From contig CAXXQS010000002.1 in assembly GCA_963674735.2 (NCBI GenBank), positions 1,760,001 through 1,824,000 of the forward strand: a stretch of 64,000 nucleotides of DNA. The letters run 5' to 3'. Numbering within the stretch: position 1 is the stretch's first letter; every line of letters starts with the position of its first letter. Made by a program: the position numbers and the translations under genes. The notes beneath the pieces are model-generated. The model worked only from the letters and a program-made list of their open reading frames with translations, was not told the origin of the DNA and ran no database searches. Source of the stretch: Myxococcota bacterium (GTDB taxonomy: Bacteria; Myxococcota_A; SURF-8). Below, piece after piece: positions 28,084-37,954 of this stretch.

Positions 28084-29934
28084 GTGCCGTGTGCGAATAC
28101 AATGGACTGGGTAGTTAAGCCGAAGGATCGGCAGGAGTTGGACGTGGGTCCCAATCGCAACAAGCAAGTCATTTCGTTGGTCGCGTCTCCAACTGAGCCG
28201 TCCGATCCGCGTATCCTTGTCGTGGATGACGAAAAAGTAATTCGTACAGTTTTCAGTCTGGCACTTCGCAAGTGGTCTTACCAGGTCGATATCGCGGCCG
28301 ATGCGGAAACCGCCCTCGAAATGATGCGGGAAATGCATTACCAGTTGGTGCTTTCCGATATCTCGATGCCGGGTCACGACGGTATCTGGTTGCTTTCGCA
28401 GATCAGCGACTGGCCGGACAAACCGTTGTTCATCATCATGACCGGCAACGCCGATCTGGATGTGGCCATTCATTGCCTGACCAGCGGTGCCCATGATTTT
28501 CTGGTGAAGCCGGTAGAGTTGGATTATCTCAAGCGCAAAGTCGAAGACGCCTTGGCCTTGTGGCAACTCGACCATGAGCGTCGCCGCCAACAGGATCTGC
28601 TGGAGGAGGTGGCCATCACCGAGCGCTGGAAGGCGCAGCAGCTCTTCCTCAATGCCATCGATGCGTTGATTCTGGCGCTGGAAGCCAAGGATCCCTATAC
28701 CGAAGGCCATTCGTCGCGCGTGGCGGCGATGGTGGAAGGGATGGCTCGGCAAGCCAACTTCCGTTCCCACGACGTGGTCAATATCGTCAATGCCGCACGC
28801 TGCCATGATGTGGGTAAAATCGGCTGGCCCGATGCGATTCTGCTCAAGGACGGCAAGCTGACGGATGAGGAATACGAGCGGGTCAAAACCCACCCCGAAA
28901 AGGGAGAGCATATTCTGGCTCCGATCTTCAAAGATTATCCCGATATTCTGGACGGCGTTCGTCATCATCACGAGCGTTTCGACGGCAAGGGCTACCCGAG
29001 CGGACTCAAAGGCGAGACGATTCCGTTATTTGCACGCATGATTACGGTTGCCGACTCTTTCGATGCGATGACCTCCACGCGGACGTATCGTAAGGCCCGC
29101 TCCAGCGGGGAGGCGGTTAACGAGATCATCGCGTGTAGCGGCAAACAATTCTGTCCGCAGGTGGTGCGCTATTTTCTGAATTTCTACAATGAATCGCTTG
29201 CCGGAAACGAAGAGAGAAACTGGATCGATCGCCGTCGGCAGCCGCGCTACGAAAAGCGGGCTCAGGTAAAATTGAGGCAGAACGACATCAAATTCGACGG
29301 GCGCTCGCTCGATTTCTCCACCCAGGGGCTGCAAGTGGAAGTCGATGGCCAGTTGCAAGTCCAACACGGGGTGAATGTGCATATTGCGGCCGGCCGCTCG
29401 CTGGACGCCTGGGTGAAATGGTCTGAGGATGACGATAATGGCGGTTGTCTCGCCGGACTTTCCATCCGAGCACAGCAGGATGATTATCTGGAGCTTTTAC
29501 GGAAACATTCGCTGACCCTGACCGAACAACGCGGATCCCATCGCCTCTCGGAGGTGATTACAGCCGAGATTATGACGGATGCGGGTATCGACCGGCACAA
29601 TATCCTCAACCTGAGCTCTGCCGGTGCGTTCATTCAGACACGCCGTGCCTTGCCGATCGATGCGGAACTGGTTGTGCGCTTTCGGCTGGAGGGCGAGGTT
29701 CGGGGGTTGGTTCAAGCGCGGGGAGTGGTGGTGCATCAAGTAAGCATGCAGGAAGCCATCATGACCGAGGGAATCATTCCCGGTATGGGGGTGCAATTTA
29801 TGGAATTCGTCGATGATTCGCAGGCCAGGCTGGCTGCTTACATCCAGTCGAAAATATTGCGCCGCAACGTTTCCAGACTGGATGTGTCCCAAACCGAGAG
29901 TCCGGAGAAAGACAAACGGGAAAACGCCGGGTAA
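28084..29934 (+). CDS. REC - HD-GYP c-di-GMP phosphodiesterase - PilZ - PilZ protein (start uncertain)
   Basis: ILVVDDE...SDISMPG; KDPYTEGHS, HDVGK, HHERFDGKGYP; DRRRQPR/DFSTQG and EQRGSHR/NLSSAG. Confidence 0.88.
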   Translation: MPCANTMDWVVKPKDRQELDVGPNRNKQVISLVASPTEPSDPRILVVDDEKVIRTVFSLALRKWSYQVDIAADAETALEMMREMHYQLVLSDISMPGHDGIWLLSQISDWPDKPLFIIMTGNADLDVAIHCLTSGAHDFLVKPVELDYLKRKVEDALALWQLDHERRRQQDLLEEVAITERWKAQQLFLNAIDALILALEAKDPYTEGHSSRVAAMVEGMARQANFRSHDVVNIVNAARCHDVGKIGWPDAILLKDGKLTDEEYERVKTHPEKGEHILAPIFKDYPDILDGVRHHHERFDGKGYPSGLKGETIPLFARMITVADSFDAMTSTRTYRKARSSGEAVNEIIACSGKQFCPQVVRYFLNFYNESLAGNEERNWIDRRRQPRYEKRAQVKLRQNDIKFDGRSLDFSTQGLQVEVDGQLQVQHGVNVHIAAGRSLDAWVKWSEDDDNGGCLAGLSIRAQQDDYLELLRKHSLTLTEQRGSHRLSEVITAEIMTDAGIDRHNILNLSSAGAFIQTRRALPIDAELVVRFRLEGEVRGLVQARGVVVHQVSMQEAIMTEGIIPGMGVQFMEFVDDSQARLAAYIQSKILRRNVSRLDVSQTESPEKDKRENAG

Positions 29935-30122
29935 ACGGCCTGCCGCTCCGATTCCGAATATTGGAGCCGCTTCCTCTCCTGCCGGTCCCGCGAAAACGGG
30001 ATCCGATTACCTGAAACAACAATAAATTCAAATTATTGTGGGAATGGCGACATGGTGACCTGTGCGTGAGGTTCCGGTCCGGTTCGTCTCATCCCAGCGG
30101 CACGATTCCGCTTGCCGGGTCG

Positions 30123-30908
30123 CTATCCTTTCTCTGAAACGGACTGATTGAGATGGGCCAGGCGCGAGGATAAATTGCGGGCGATATCCATCAGGGCCGT
30201 GGGGTTGGTGGTGGCCAGTTTGTTGAAGTCTTCACCGCCGAAGGACATCGTTTCGCAGTCGGTGGTGGCCACGACGGTGGCGCTGCGGGGGTCGCCGGTC
30301 AGGCGGCTCATTTCACCGAAAATTTCGTTTTCACCGATTTCTCCCACCTTTCGTCCATCCACCACCACATCCGCGCGACCGGACAGCATCGAATACACTT
30401 CCGAATCGGTATTTCCCTGGTGAATGATGGTGGTTCCGGCGGGGAAACTGCGCATCTGGAAGTTGGGACGCACGGTGGCGACGGTGGCGCCCAACAGCAC
30501 TTGGAAGAGGTTCGACTGGACCGCCCAGTACTCGCCGAGCAGTTCGAAACGCTTGGGATCCTTGCGGATTTTCTTCAGCGCGGGAGCCGCTGCGTAAACA
30601 TCGGCCCGGACGGCGAATTCCAATGTGCCGCGAATCTGGCCGGCGCCCAGGCAGTTGTCGAGACCCACCAACTCGCCCTGCTCGTAGTAAAACAACAGTC
30701 GGTCGCCCCAGTAAGCACTGACAAAGCCCTCCGTTAACCGGTAGAAATACGCGTGCCCGATGCGATCGGGACCGGCCAGGGTTTCGGTGTTGGGGATCAG
30801 CACGTTTTCCTCTGCCGGTTTCAAACCGTCGCAGAGCTCGTCGGCCAGGCCTCTCAGGCGTTTCGCCAGGGCGTCCGCCTCATCGGTAGAGGGAATTTGG
30901 ATGATCAT
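30123..30908 (-). CDS. Cyclic nucleotide-binding domain protein
   Basis: FPAGTTIIHQG...FGEMSRLTGDPRSATV; a degenerate second cNMP-like domain lies N-terminally. Confidence 0.85.
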   Translation of the reverse strand: MIIQIPSTDEADALAKRLRGLADELCDGLKPAEENVLIPNTETLAGPDRIGHAYFYRLTEGFVSAYWGDRLLFYYEQGELVGLDNCLGAGQIRGTLEFAVRADVYAAAPALKKIRKDPKRFELLGEYWAVQSNLFQVLLGATVATVRPNFQMRSFPAGTTIIHQGNTDSEVYSMLSGRADVVVDGRKVGEIGENEIFGEMSRLTGDPRSATVVATTDCETMSFGGEDFNKLATTNPTALMDIARNLSSRLAHLNQSVSEKG

Positions 30909-31013
30909 GGTATTTCGGGCCTTTCCCCAAAATGACAGGGTTCCAGAACCGCGCGCGAATCCACACCTATTCTATCATACTTTGGCTCCGGTGCAATGCC
31001 CCATTCCCATCGG

Positions 31014-31197
31014 CAGGGCGTTTCACTTCTAAGCTTTTCACCGTTTTCCACCGAACTATAATTTGGCTTACGGGGTGCCATGGGCCAAGCTTTTGGCTTG
31101 CCCATGCTGTTTTCACGGGCAAACCTGACGGTTTAGCCCGTGCCACCCATCATCAATCGAAAATTAGTCGAGACTCAATCAGAATTGCAACGCCCCA
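31014..31197 (-). mobile_element. MITE copy 2 (more diverged)
   Basis: Homologous to 11190-11372 in reverse orientation; 10-bp target duplication TTCCCATCGG. Confidence 0.88.
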
Positions 31198-31491
31198 TTC
31201 CCATCGGAAACTCCGGTGCAACGTCCCGTTTCCCATCGGATATTTGGAGTGTTTTGAAATTATGAGCGAAATCAATATGTCTATAAAGCTTTATGCATAA
31301 GCGACGACGGGGAATGTGCTTGACAAAGATTCGGCAATGACATACAAATCAGGTACTTACTTGCGGTAACCGAGCGAACTAAATTACTGATTATCAAAAG
31401 AAAATCCAGATCGTGAAGGGATTGTTTCCGCCTGCGGTCCTTTATTGCCGCTGGGCAGGCGATCTCGCTCCACAACCTGTAAGGATGACCC

Positions 31492-31965
31492 ATGGCCCTG
31501 GAATTCTCGGCGGAGTCGGAAGCGCGGATTCAGCGAGCCCTCGAAGAATACTACGATCGCCAGGCGGCCTTGCTCCCCGTTTTGTACGTGGCGCAGGACC
31601 AGTTCGGGCATGTCACGCCCGAGGTGACCGAATTGGTGGCCAAGCGCCTCCAGTTGCCGCGCATGCATGTGGAATCGGTGGCGTCGTTCTACACGATGTA
31701 CTACAAGGCGCCGATCGGCCGCTACCACGTCCAGATTTGCCGTACCTTGAGCTGCGCCATGTCGGGTGCGGGTGCGGTGATTCAGCATGTGAAGAAAAAG
31801 CTGGCCATCGGTCCCGGCGAGGTGACGCCCGACGGGAAATTTTCGATGGAAGAAGTGGAGTGCCTCGCCTTGTGCGGATCCGCTCCGGCCATGATCATCA
31901 ACAAGACGAATTACGAAAATCTCACGATTGAAAAAGTCGACCAGATTCTGAACGCCTGTGACTAA
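31492..31965 (+). CDS. nuoE: NADH-quinone oxidoreductase subunit E
   Basis: VASFYTMY, CRTLSC, VECLALC 2Fe-2S motifs. Confidence 0.95.
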   Translation: MALEFSAESEARIQRALEEYYDRQAALLPVLYVAQDQFGHVTPEVTELVAKRLQLPRMHVESVASFYTMYYKAPIGRYHVQICRTLSCAMSGAGAVIQHVKKKLAIGPGEVTPDGKFSMEEVECLALCGSAPAMIINKTNYENLTIEKVDQILNACD

Positions 31966-31980
31966 CGCGGGGAGTGCTCC

Positions 31981-33255
31981 ATGAGCGAACTGGTTCTCTC
32001 GAAGCGTTTCGGTAAACCCGATTCCCAACTGTTGGCCACCTACCTGGCCGACGGCGGTTATGAAGCCGCGAAAAAAGCCTTGGCCATGGATCCCGATGCC
32101 GTCATTGAGGAGGTCAAGAAGGCCAATCTGCGCGGCCGCGGCGGGGCGGGTTTCCCGGCCGGTATCAAGTGGAGCTTCATGCCGAAAGACGACGGCAAGA
32201 CACACTTCCTGTGCGTCAACGCCGACGAAGGCGAGCCGGGCACCTTCAAAGATCGCGCCCTGATGCGTCACGATCCGCATCAGTTGCTTGAAGGCATCAT
32301 CATCGGCTGCCATGCCATCCGCGCCGATTATGCCTATATTTACGTGCGCGGCGAGATGTGGGAAGAAAAAGCCATCCTGGAACGGGCCATCGGCGAATTG
32401 CGCGAAAAAAACTATCTCGGCCAGGGCATTTTCGGTACGCAGAAGAACCTGCATATCGCCGTCTGTACCGGTGCGGGAGCGTATGTCTGCGGCGAAGAGA
32501 CGGCCATGATCAACTCGATCGAGGGCAAACGCGGGGAACCGCGCCTCAAGCCGCCCTTTCCGGCTCAGGTGGGTGTTTTCGGACTGCCCACCACCGTCAA
32601 CAACGTCGAGACTCTCTCCAACATCCCGCACATTCTCAAAAACGGCGGCGACTGGTTCGCCGGGCTGGGCATCGAAAAGGACGGCGGTACGCGCCTGTTC
32701 GGCGTGTCGGGTTGCGTGAAAAAGCCGGGGCTCTACGAGTTACCCCAAGGCACCAACCTCAAATACATCATCGAGGAAGTGGCCGGAGGCTTGCTCGACG
32801 GCAAAACCTTGAAAGCCGTCATTCCCGGCGGGTCGAGCTGCCCGGTGCTCAAACCCGACGAGATCGATCGGCCGCACAGCTACGATTCCATGCGCGACGT
32901 GGGCAGCATGGCCGGGTCGGCCGGGATCATCGTGATTCCCGAGGACACCTGCATGGTGGCCGCCATGACCAACCTGGCCCATTTTTACGCCCATGAATCC
33001 TGCGGCCAGTGCACTCCCTGCCGCGAAGGCACCCACTGGCTGCACCTGATCATTTCGCGCATCGAAGCGGGTGAAGGGGAAATGGAAGACATCGACCTGC
33101 TGTTGGAGGTCTGCCATAACATGATGGGCACCACCATCTGCCCGCTGTCGGATGCGGCAGCGATGCCGATGGAGTCGTTCGTCACGAAATTCCGCGACGA
33201 GTTCGAAGAGCACATTCGCTTGGGACGCTGCCCCAAAAACGGACAGCTGTCGTAG
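31981..33255 (+). CDS. nuoF: NADH-quinone oxidoreductase subunit F
   Basis: LRGRGGAGFP, NADEGEPGTFKDR, GAGAYVCGEETA, ESCGQCTPCREG. Confidence 0.97.
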   Translation: MSELVLSKRFGKPDSQLLATYLADGGYEAAKKALAMDPDAVIEEVKKANLRGRGGAGFPAGIKWSFMPKDDGKTHFLCVNADEGEPGTFKDRALMRHDPHQLLEGIIIGCHAIRADYAYIYVRGEMWEEKAILERAIGELREKNYLGQGIFGTQKNLHIAVCTGAGAYVCGEETAMINSIEGKRGEPRLKPPFPAQVGVFGLPTTVNNVETLSNIPHILKNGGDWFAGLGIEKDGGTRLFGVSGCVKKPGLYELPQGTNLKYIIEEVAGGLLDGKTLKAVIPGGSSCPVLKPDEIDRPHSYDSMRDVGSMAGSAGIIVIPEDTCMVAAMTNLAHFYAHESCGQCTPCREGTHWLHLIISRIEAGEGEMEDIDLLLEVCHNMMGTTICPLSDAAAMPMESFVTKFRDEFEEHIRLGRCPKNGQLS

Positions 33256-33266
33256 CAGGAGTCACC

Positions 33267-34919
33267 ATGTCCGAAACGGTGAAGATGATCAAAGCCAAGT
33301 TCAACGACGTCGAGTACGAGTTGCCCGCCGGATTGACCGTTCTGCAGGCGGCCCAGCAAATCGGCGTGCCGATTCCGTATTTCTGCTGGCACAAGCATCT
33401 GTCCATTTCGGGCAATTGCCGCATGTGTCTGGTGGAAACGAAGCCCGGCCCGCCCAAACCGGTGGTGGCCTGCGGTACGCCGCTCAACGACGGCATGGAG
33501 GTCTTTACCGAGACCGATACCATCAAGAATGCGCGTCGGGCGGTGTTGCAGTTTCTGCTGCTCAACCACCCGCTCGACTGCCCGGTCTGCGACGAGGCCT
33601 ACGAATGCAAGCTGCAGGACTACACCTACGCGTACGGTCCCGAAGTCAGCCGCTTCGTGCCCTTCCACGATAAGAAGCGCATTTACAAGCGCGAGGATCT
33701 GGGCAAGATGTGGGTGGAGATGAACCGCTGCATCGAGTGCACCCGCTGCGTGCGTTTCCTCAAAGAGGTGGCGGGCGAATACGAGCTGGAGCGCATGCAC
33801 CGCGGCCACAATCTCAAGATCCACACCTATAAACAAGCCTTCGAGTCCGACTTCGCCTTAAATGCCGCCGACCTCTGTCCGGTGGGAGCGCTGGAAGACA
33901 AAAAATATCATTTTTCGGCGCGCAACTGGGATCTCATCAAGGTGCCGTCGATCTGTCCGAGCTGCTCCATCGGCTGCAACATCGAGATCCATTCTCTCGA
34001 CGGCCGCATCCGGCGGTTGCTGCCGCGTGAAAACGAGGCGGTCAACGCCTGTTGGATGTGCGACGCCGGTCGTCACAACTTCGATTTCGTCGCCGACAAT
34101 CGCTTGAGCGGAGCCCAGGCGCGTCTCGACGCCGATCTGGAAGCGGTCGAGTTGGACGCGGCCCTCGATTTCGCCCATGCCAAGCTCGAAGAGGTCCGCT
34201 CGGTGCACGGCGGGGAAACCATCGGTGTTTTGACCTCGCCCTGGATGACCAACGAAGAGCTGTTCGCCGCCAAAAAACTCGGGACGCTGCTGGGCGCGGG
34301 CAAGGTGGGTGTTTTGACCGGTTACAACCATCGCCCGGTGGTGCCGGTGATGTCGGACATTCTGCCCAAGACGCTGGTGAGCGACGACAAGTCGCCCAAC
34401 TCCACCGGCGCGCGGCTGCTGAATCTGACCGAGGGCGAGGAGGAATTCACCTTCGCCCACGAACTGATCACCGCCATCGAAGACGGCAAGATCAAAAGCT
34501 TGATCCTTTTCCACGAGGATCTGCTTGTACGGCCCGACTTCGATTCCACCGCCCTGCGCAAGGCTTTGGCATTGCTGGACTTCCTGCTGGTGGTCTCCAC
34601 CCGGCCGTTGACGGTGGCGGCGCAGGCCCATCTGGTGTTGCCCGCGCAGACCTGGGCGGAAAAGAACGGTACTTTCACCAATCATGGAAAACGCGTGCAG
34701 CGTATCCGCAAAGCGGTGACTCCGGCGCAGAATACCTGGGACGAACTGAGCCTGGTGACGGCTTTGGGCCGCCGCTTCGAGGCGGATTTCGGATACGAGA
34801 CGTTCAAAGACGCCTTCGCCGCAATGGCGGCCGAGGAAGCGGCCTTCGCCGGATTGACGCTCAAAGGCGTCGGTCAGCTTGGGACCGTGGTGCAAACGGA
34901 AAAACCGTCCGCCGATTAG
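33267..34919 (+). CDS. nuoG: NADH-quinone oxidoreductase subunit G (short form)
   Basis: IPYFCWH...GNCRMCLVE, NHPLDCPVCD, RCIECTRCVRF, CPSCSIGC. Confidence 0.93.
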   Translation: MSETVKMIKAKFNDVEYELPAGLTVLQAAQQIGVPIPYFCWHKHLSISGNCRMCLVETKPGPPKPVVACGTPLNDGMEVFTETDTIKNARRAVLQFLLLNHPLDCPVCDEAYECKLQDYTYAYGPEVSRFVPFHDKKRIYKREDLGKMWVEMNRCIECTRCVRFLKEVAGEYELERMHRGHNLKIHTYKQAFESDFALNAADLCPVGALEDKKYHFSARNWDLIKVPSICPSCSIGCNIEIHSLDGRIRRLLPRENEAVNACWMCDAGRHNFDFVADNRLSGAQARLDADLEAVELDAALDFAHAKLEEVRSVHGGETIGVLTSPWMTNEELFAAKKLGTLLGAGKVGVLTGYNHRPVVPVMSDILPKTLVSDDKSPNSTGARLLNLTEGEEEFTFAHELITAIEDGKIKSLILFHEDLLVRPDFDSTALRKALALLDFLLVVSTRPLTVAAQAHLVLPAQTWAEKNGTFTNHGKRVQRIRKAVTPAQNTWDELSLVTALGRRFEADFGYETFKDAFAAMAAEEAAFAGLTLKGVGQLGTVVQTEKPSAD

Positions 34920-34994
34920 GCCGGGCGTGACAGGCGGCCGCCTTGGGCGTGTCGCCGTGGATCCGATAACGATCCGAGGGAGAGAAGGGAAACC

Positions 34995-35486
34995 ATGGAC
35001 GCGATCATCTTCTGGCCGTTTGCGCTTCTGGCCCTTTTGGGAGCCGTGCTGCTGATCTTCCATAAAAACCCCATTCATTCGGCATTGGCGCTGATCATGA
35101 CGCTGTTTTCGACGGCGGCCCTGTTCGTGATGCTGCATGCCGGGTTCGTGGCGGTGTTGCAGATTCTGGTCTATGCCGGAGCCATCATGGTGTTGTTCAT
35201 CTTCGTCATCATGATGCTCAACCTGCAACGCGAGGAACTGGGGCTCAGGCGGCATGCGGCCAAAAAGATCGTGGCGACCGTCCTGGCGTTGGGGATCGGG
35301 CTCAAATTCGCCCTGGTCCTGACAGCCCAGCTTTTGCCGCGCGCCGAATTGGCGGCGTCCTTCGGATCGGTGGAAAACGTCGGGATGATGGTGTTCAACG
35401 ACTATATGCTGCCCTTTCAGGCGATCGGCGTGCTTCTGCTGTCGGCGGTGATCGGGGCGGTGGTCGTGGCTAAAACGCGGTTTTAA
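34995..35486 (+). CDS. nuoJ: NADH-quinone oxidoreductase subunit J
   Basis: KNPIHSAL, QILVYAGAIMVLFIFVIMML. Confidence 0.95.
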   Translation: MDAIIFWPFALLALLGAVLLIFHKNPIHSALALIMTLFSTAALFVMLHAGFVAVLQILVYAGAIMVLFIFVIMMLNLQREELGLRRHAAKKIVATVLALGIGLKFALVLTAQLLPRAELAASFGSVENVGMMVFNDYMLPFQAIGVLLLSAVIGAVVVAKTRF

Positions 35487-35507
35487 CCCGCTTGAGCGAG
35501 GTTTGAG

Positions 35508-35825
35508 ATGAGCTGGTTGACGACAATCACGCTGAACCATTTTCTGGTGTTGGCGGTGCTTCTGTTCACGCTGGGCATGATCGGTGTGATGCTGCGCAAA
35601 AACGGATTGATCGTGTTTATGTGCATCGAACTGATGCTCAACGCGGTCAACCTGGCGTTCATCACGTTCGCCGCCATGCACGGCAACGAGGTGGGCCACA
35701 CGATGGTCTTCTTCGTCATGACGGTCGCGGCCGCCGAAGCGGCGGTCGGGCTGGCGGTGTTCGTCGCCCTGTTCCGCAACAAGGTGACGGTCTACGTGGA
35801 CGAAGCGGCGGATCTGAAACTGTAA
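35508..35825 (+). CDS. nuoK: NADH-quinone oxidoreductase subunit K
   Basis: CIELMLNAVNL, VAAAEAAVGLA. Confidence 0.96.
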   Translation: MSWLTTITLNHFLVLAVLLFTLGMIGVMLRKNGLIVFMCIELMLNAVNLAFITFAAMHGNEVGHTMVFFVMTVAAAEAAVGLAVFVALFRNKVTVYVDEAADLKL

Positions 35826-35861
35826 CAACCCTTCCCGCATGCAAATCGGCGAGGAGCGAGC

Positions 35862-37940
35862 ATGACGCACCACGAATCGGAACATGAAGCGGTCGCCGCG
35901 GCCCCCATCGGGCCCGGACGTATCGCGCTGTGGGTGATCGCCGCCGGACTGGCGGCCCTGTTTATCACCCTGCGGCTGAACCTGAGCGCCGGAATCGACG
36001 TGACCCGCTGGCTGGTCCTGATCCCGCTGATGCCGGCGGTGGCCTGCCTGATCAACGGCGTATTCGTCAACAAGCTGCCCAAACCGCTGGTGACGGCCCT
36101 GGCCGTGGGCTCGGTGGGCGTCTCCTTTTTCATTTCGGTGATTCTGTTCATCCACCTGAAAATCACCGGCGAACCGATCCAGCAGGTGATGTACAGCTGG
36201 ATGGCGGCCGGAGATTTCAGCGTGAACGTGAGCTTCACGCTGGACGGTCTCTCCGGTCTCATGGCGCTGGTGGTCACGGGCGTCGGCTGGCTGATCCACA
36301 TCTATTCGATCGGCTACATGGCCCACGACGAGAGCTATTCGCGCTATTTCACCTACCTCAACCTGTTCACCTTCTCCATGCTGGTGCTGGTTCTGGGCGA
36401 CTCTCTGCCGCTGATGTTCGTCGGTTGGGAAGGTGTGGGTTTGTGCTCGTATCTCTTGATCGGCTTCTGGTTCACCGACAACGAAAAAGCCACGGCGGGC
36501 AAGAAGGCCTTTATCGTCAATCGTATCGGCGACATGGGCTTCGTGATCGCCATGCTGCTGCTGTTCTGGATCGTGGGCGCGCTCGATTACACCACCCTGG
36601 CGGCGCAGGCCAAAACCGTTTCGCCCATGTGGGCCACGGTGATCTGCTTGCTGCTGTTTTTCGGCGCCACCGGTAAAAGCGCCCAGATTCCGCTGTATGT
36701 CTGGCTGCCCGACGCCATGGCCGGTCCGACGCCGGTCTCGGCCTTGATCCATGCCGCCACCATGGTGACGGCGGGTGTCTACATGATCGCGCGGCTGAGC
36801 TTTCTGTTTGTGCTCGCCCCCTCGGCCATGATGACCGTCGCCATCGTCGGCGCGTTGACGGCCCTGTTCGCCGCCACCATCGGCTTGTTCCAGTACGACA
36901 TCAAGAAGGTGCTGGCCTACTCCACCGTCTCGCAGCTCGGCTTCATGTTCCTGGGCGTGGGCGTGGGCGCGTTTGCGGCGGGGATCTTCCACCTGATGAC
37001 GCACGCTTTTTTCAAGGCCTGCCTCTTTTTGGGCTCCGGTTCGGTGATTCACGGCATGCACGGCGAGCAGGATATCCGCAAAATGGGCGGACTCGACAAG
37101 CTGATGCCCATTACCTCGAAAACCTTTTTCGTCGCCTGTCTGGCCATCGCGGGTATCCCGCCCCTGGCGGCCTTCTTCTCGAAAGATGAAATCCTTTATA
37201 AAACTTTCGCCGTGCATTACGGCGCGCCCAGTTGGCTGGGGGCGGCCCTGTGGCTGACGGGAGCGTTGGCGGCGGCCTGCACCAGCTTCTACATGTTCCG
37301 GCTCTATTACCTGACCTTCAGCGGCGAGTCCCGCGCCCCGGAAGAAATCAAGAAGAAGGGCATTCACGAATCGCCCTATACCATGACCATCCCGTTGATC
37401 GTGCTGGCCTTCCTGGCCATCGTCGGCGGCTGGGTCGGCATGCCGCACATCTTCCACGCTCTGCCCAATTACTTCGAGCACAACCTGGAAGAGACGCTGT
37501 CGGTGGCCAACAACGCCGTGGGCGTGGTGCACGGTTCGGCCATGCTCGAATGGGGCCTGATGCTGATCTCCACCGCCATCGCCCTCGGCGGCTGGATCGT
37601 GGCGCGCGCGCTGTACAAAGACGCCCGAAGCGACGTCCCGGCGCGCATGAAAGAGAAATTCGCCGGTATCCACAAGGTGATCTTCAACAAGTACTACGTG
37701 GACGAGGGCTACTTCTACGCCTTTATCCGTCCCACGCTGAACCTGGGCCTCTTTTTGTGGGGCTTTGTGGATACGTATCTGGTGGACGGCGTGCTGGTGA
37801 AGGTGTCGGCCTGGCTGGTGCGGTCGGCCGGTATGGGCCTGCGGCTCGTGCAAACCGGTAACGTGCAGACCTACCTGCTGGCATTCTTGGTGGGGGCGGC
37901 GGCGCTTTTGGCATACCTGTGGCAAGGCACTTCGCTGTGA
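35862..37940 (+). CDS. nuoL: NADH-quinone oxidoreductase subunit L
   Basis: GWEGVGLCSYLLIGFW, WLPDAMAGPTPVSALIHAATMV, HLMTHAFFKA. Confidence 0.96.
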   Translation: MTHHESEHEAVAAAPIGPGRIALWVIAAGLAALFITLRLNLSAGIDVTRWLVLIPLMPAVACLINGVFVNKLPKPLVTALAVGSVGVSFFISVILFIHLKITGEPIQQVMYSWMAAGDFSVNVSFTLDGLSGLMALVVTGVGWLIHIYSIGYMAHDESYSRYFTYLNLFTFSMLVLVLGDSLPLMFVGWEGVGLCSYLLIGFWFTDNEKATAGKKAFIVNRIGDMGFVIAMLLLFWIVGALDYTTLAAQAKTVSPMWATVICLLLFFGATGKSAQIPLYVWLPDAMAGPTPVSALIHAATMVTAGVYMIARLSFLFVLAPSAMMTVAIVGALTALFAATIGLFQYDIKKVLAYSTVSQLGFMFLGVGVGAFAAGIFHLMTHAFFKACLFLGSGSVIHGMHGEQDIRKMGGLDKLMPITSKTFFVACLAIAGIPPLAAFFSKDEILYKTFAVHYGAPSWLGAALWLTGALAAACTSFYMFRLYYLTFSGESRAPEEIKKKGIHESPYTMTIPLIVLAFLAIVGGWVGMPHIFHALPNYFEHNLEETLSVANNAVGVVHGSAMLEWGLMLISTAIALGGWIVARALYKDARSDVPARMKEKFAGIHKVIFNKYYVDEGYFYAFIRPTLNLGLFLWGFVDTYLVDGVLVKVSAWLVRSAGMGLRLVQTGNVQTYLLAFLVGAAALLAYLWQGTSL

Positions 37941-37954
37941 AGGGGTGACTCGAT

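Noticed and set aside
30986-31239. ~28-bp imperfect direct repeats (CTCCGGTGCAA...TTCCCATCGG) flanking MITE copy 2
   Set aside because: Only two copies plus the target duplication; best explained as a small pre-existing tandem repeat hit by the MITE, too little to call an array.
33858-37925. 1355-aa minus-strand ORF (likewise 19570-21531, 22977-24434, 39381-41027, 44814-46190)
   Set aside because: Antisense shadows of clearly identified high-GC genes, with no motifs of their own.
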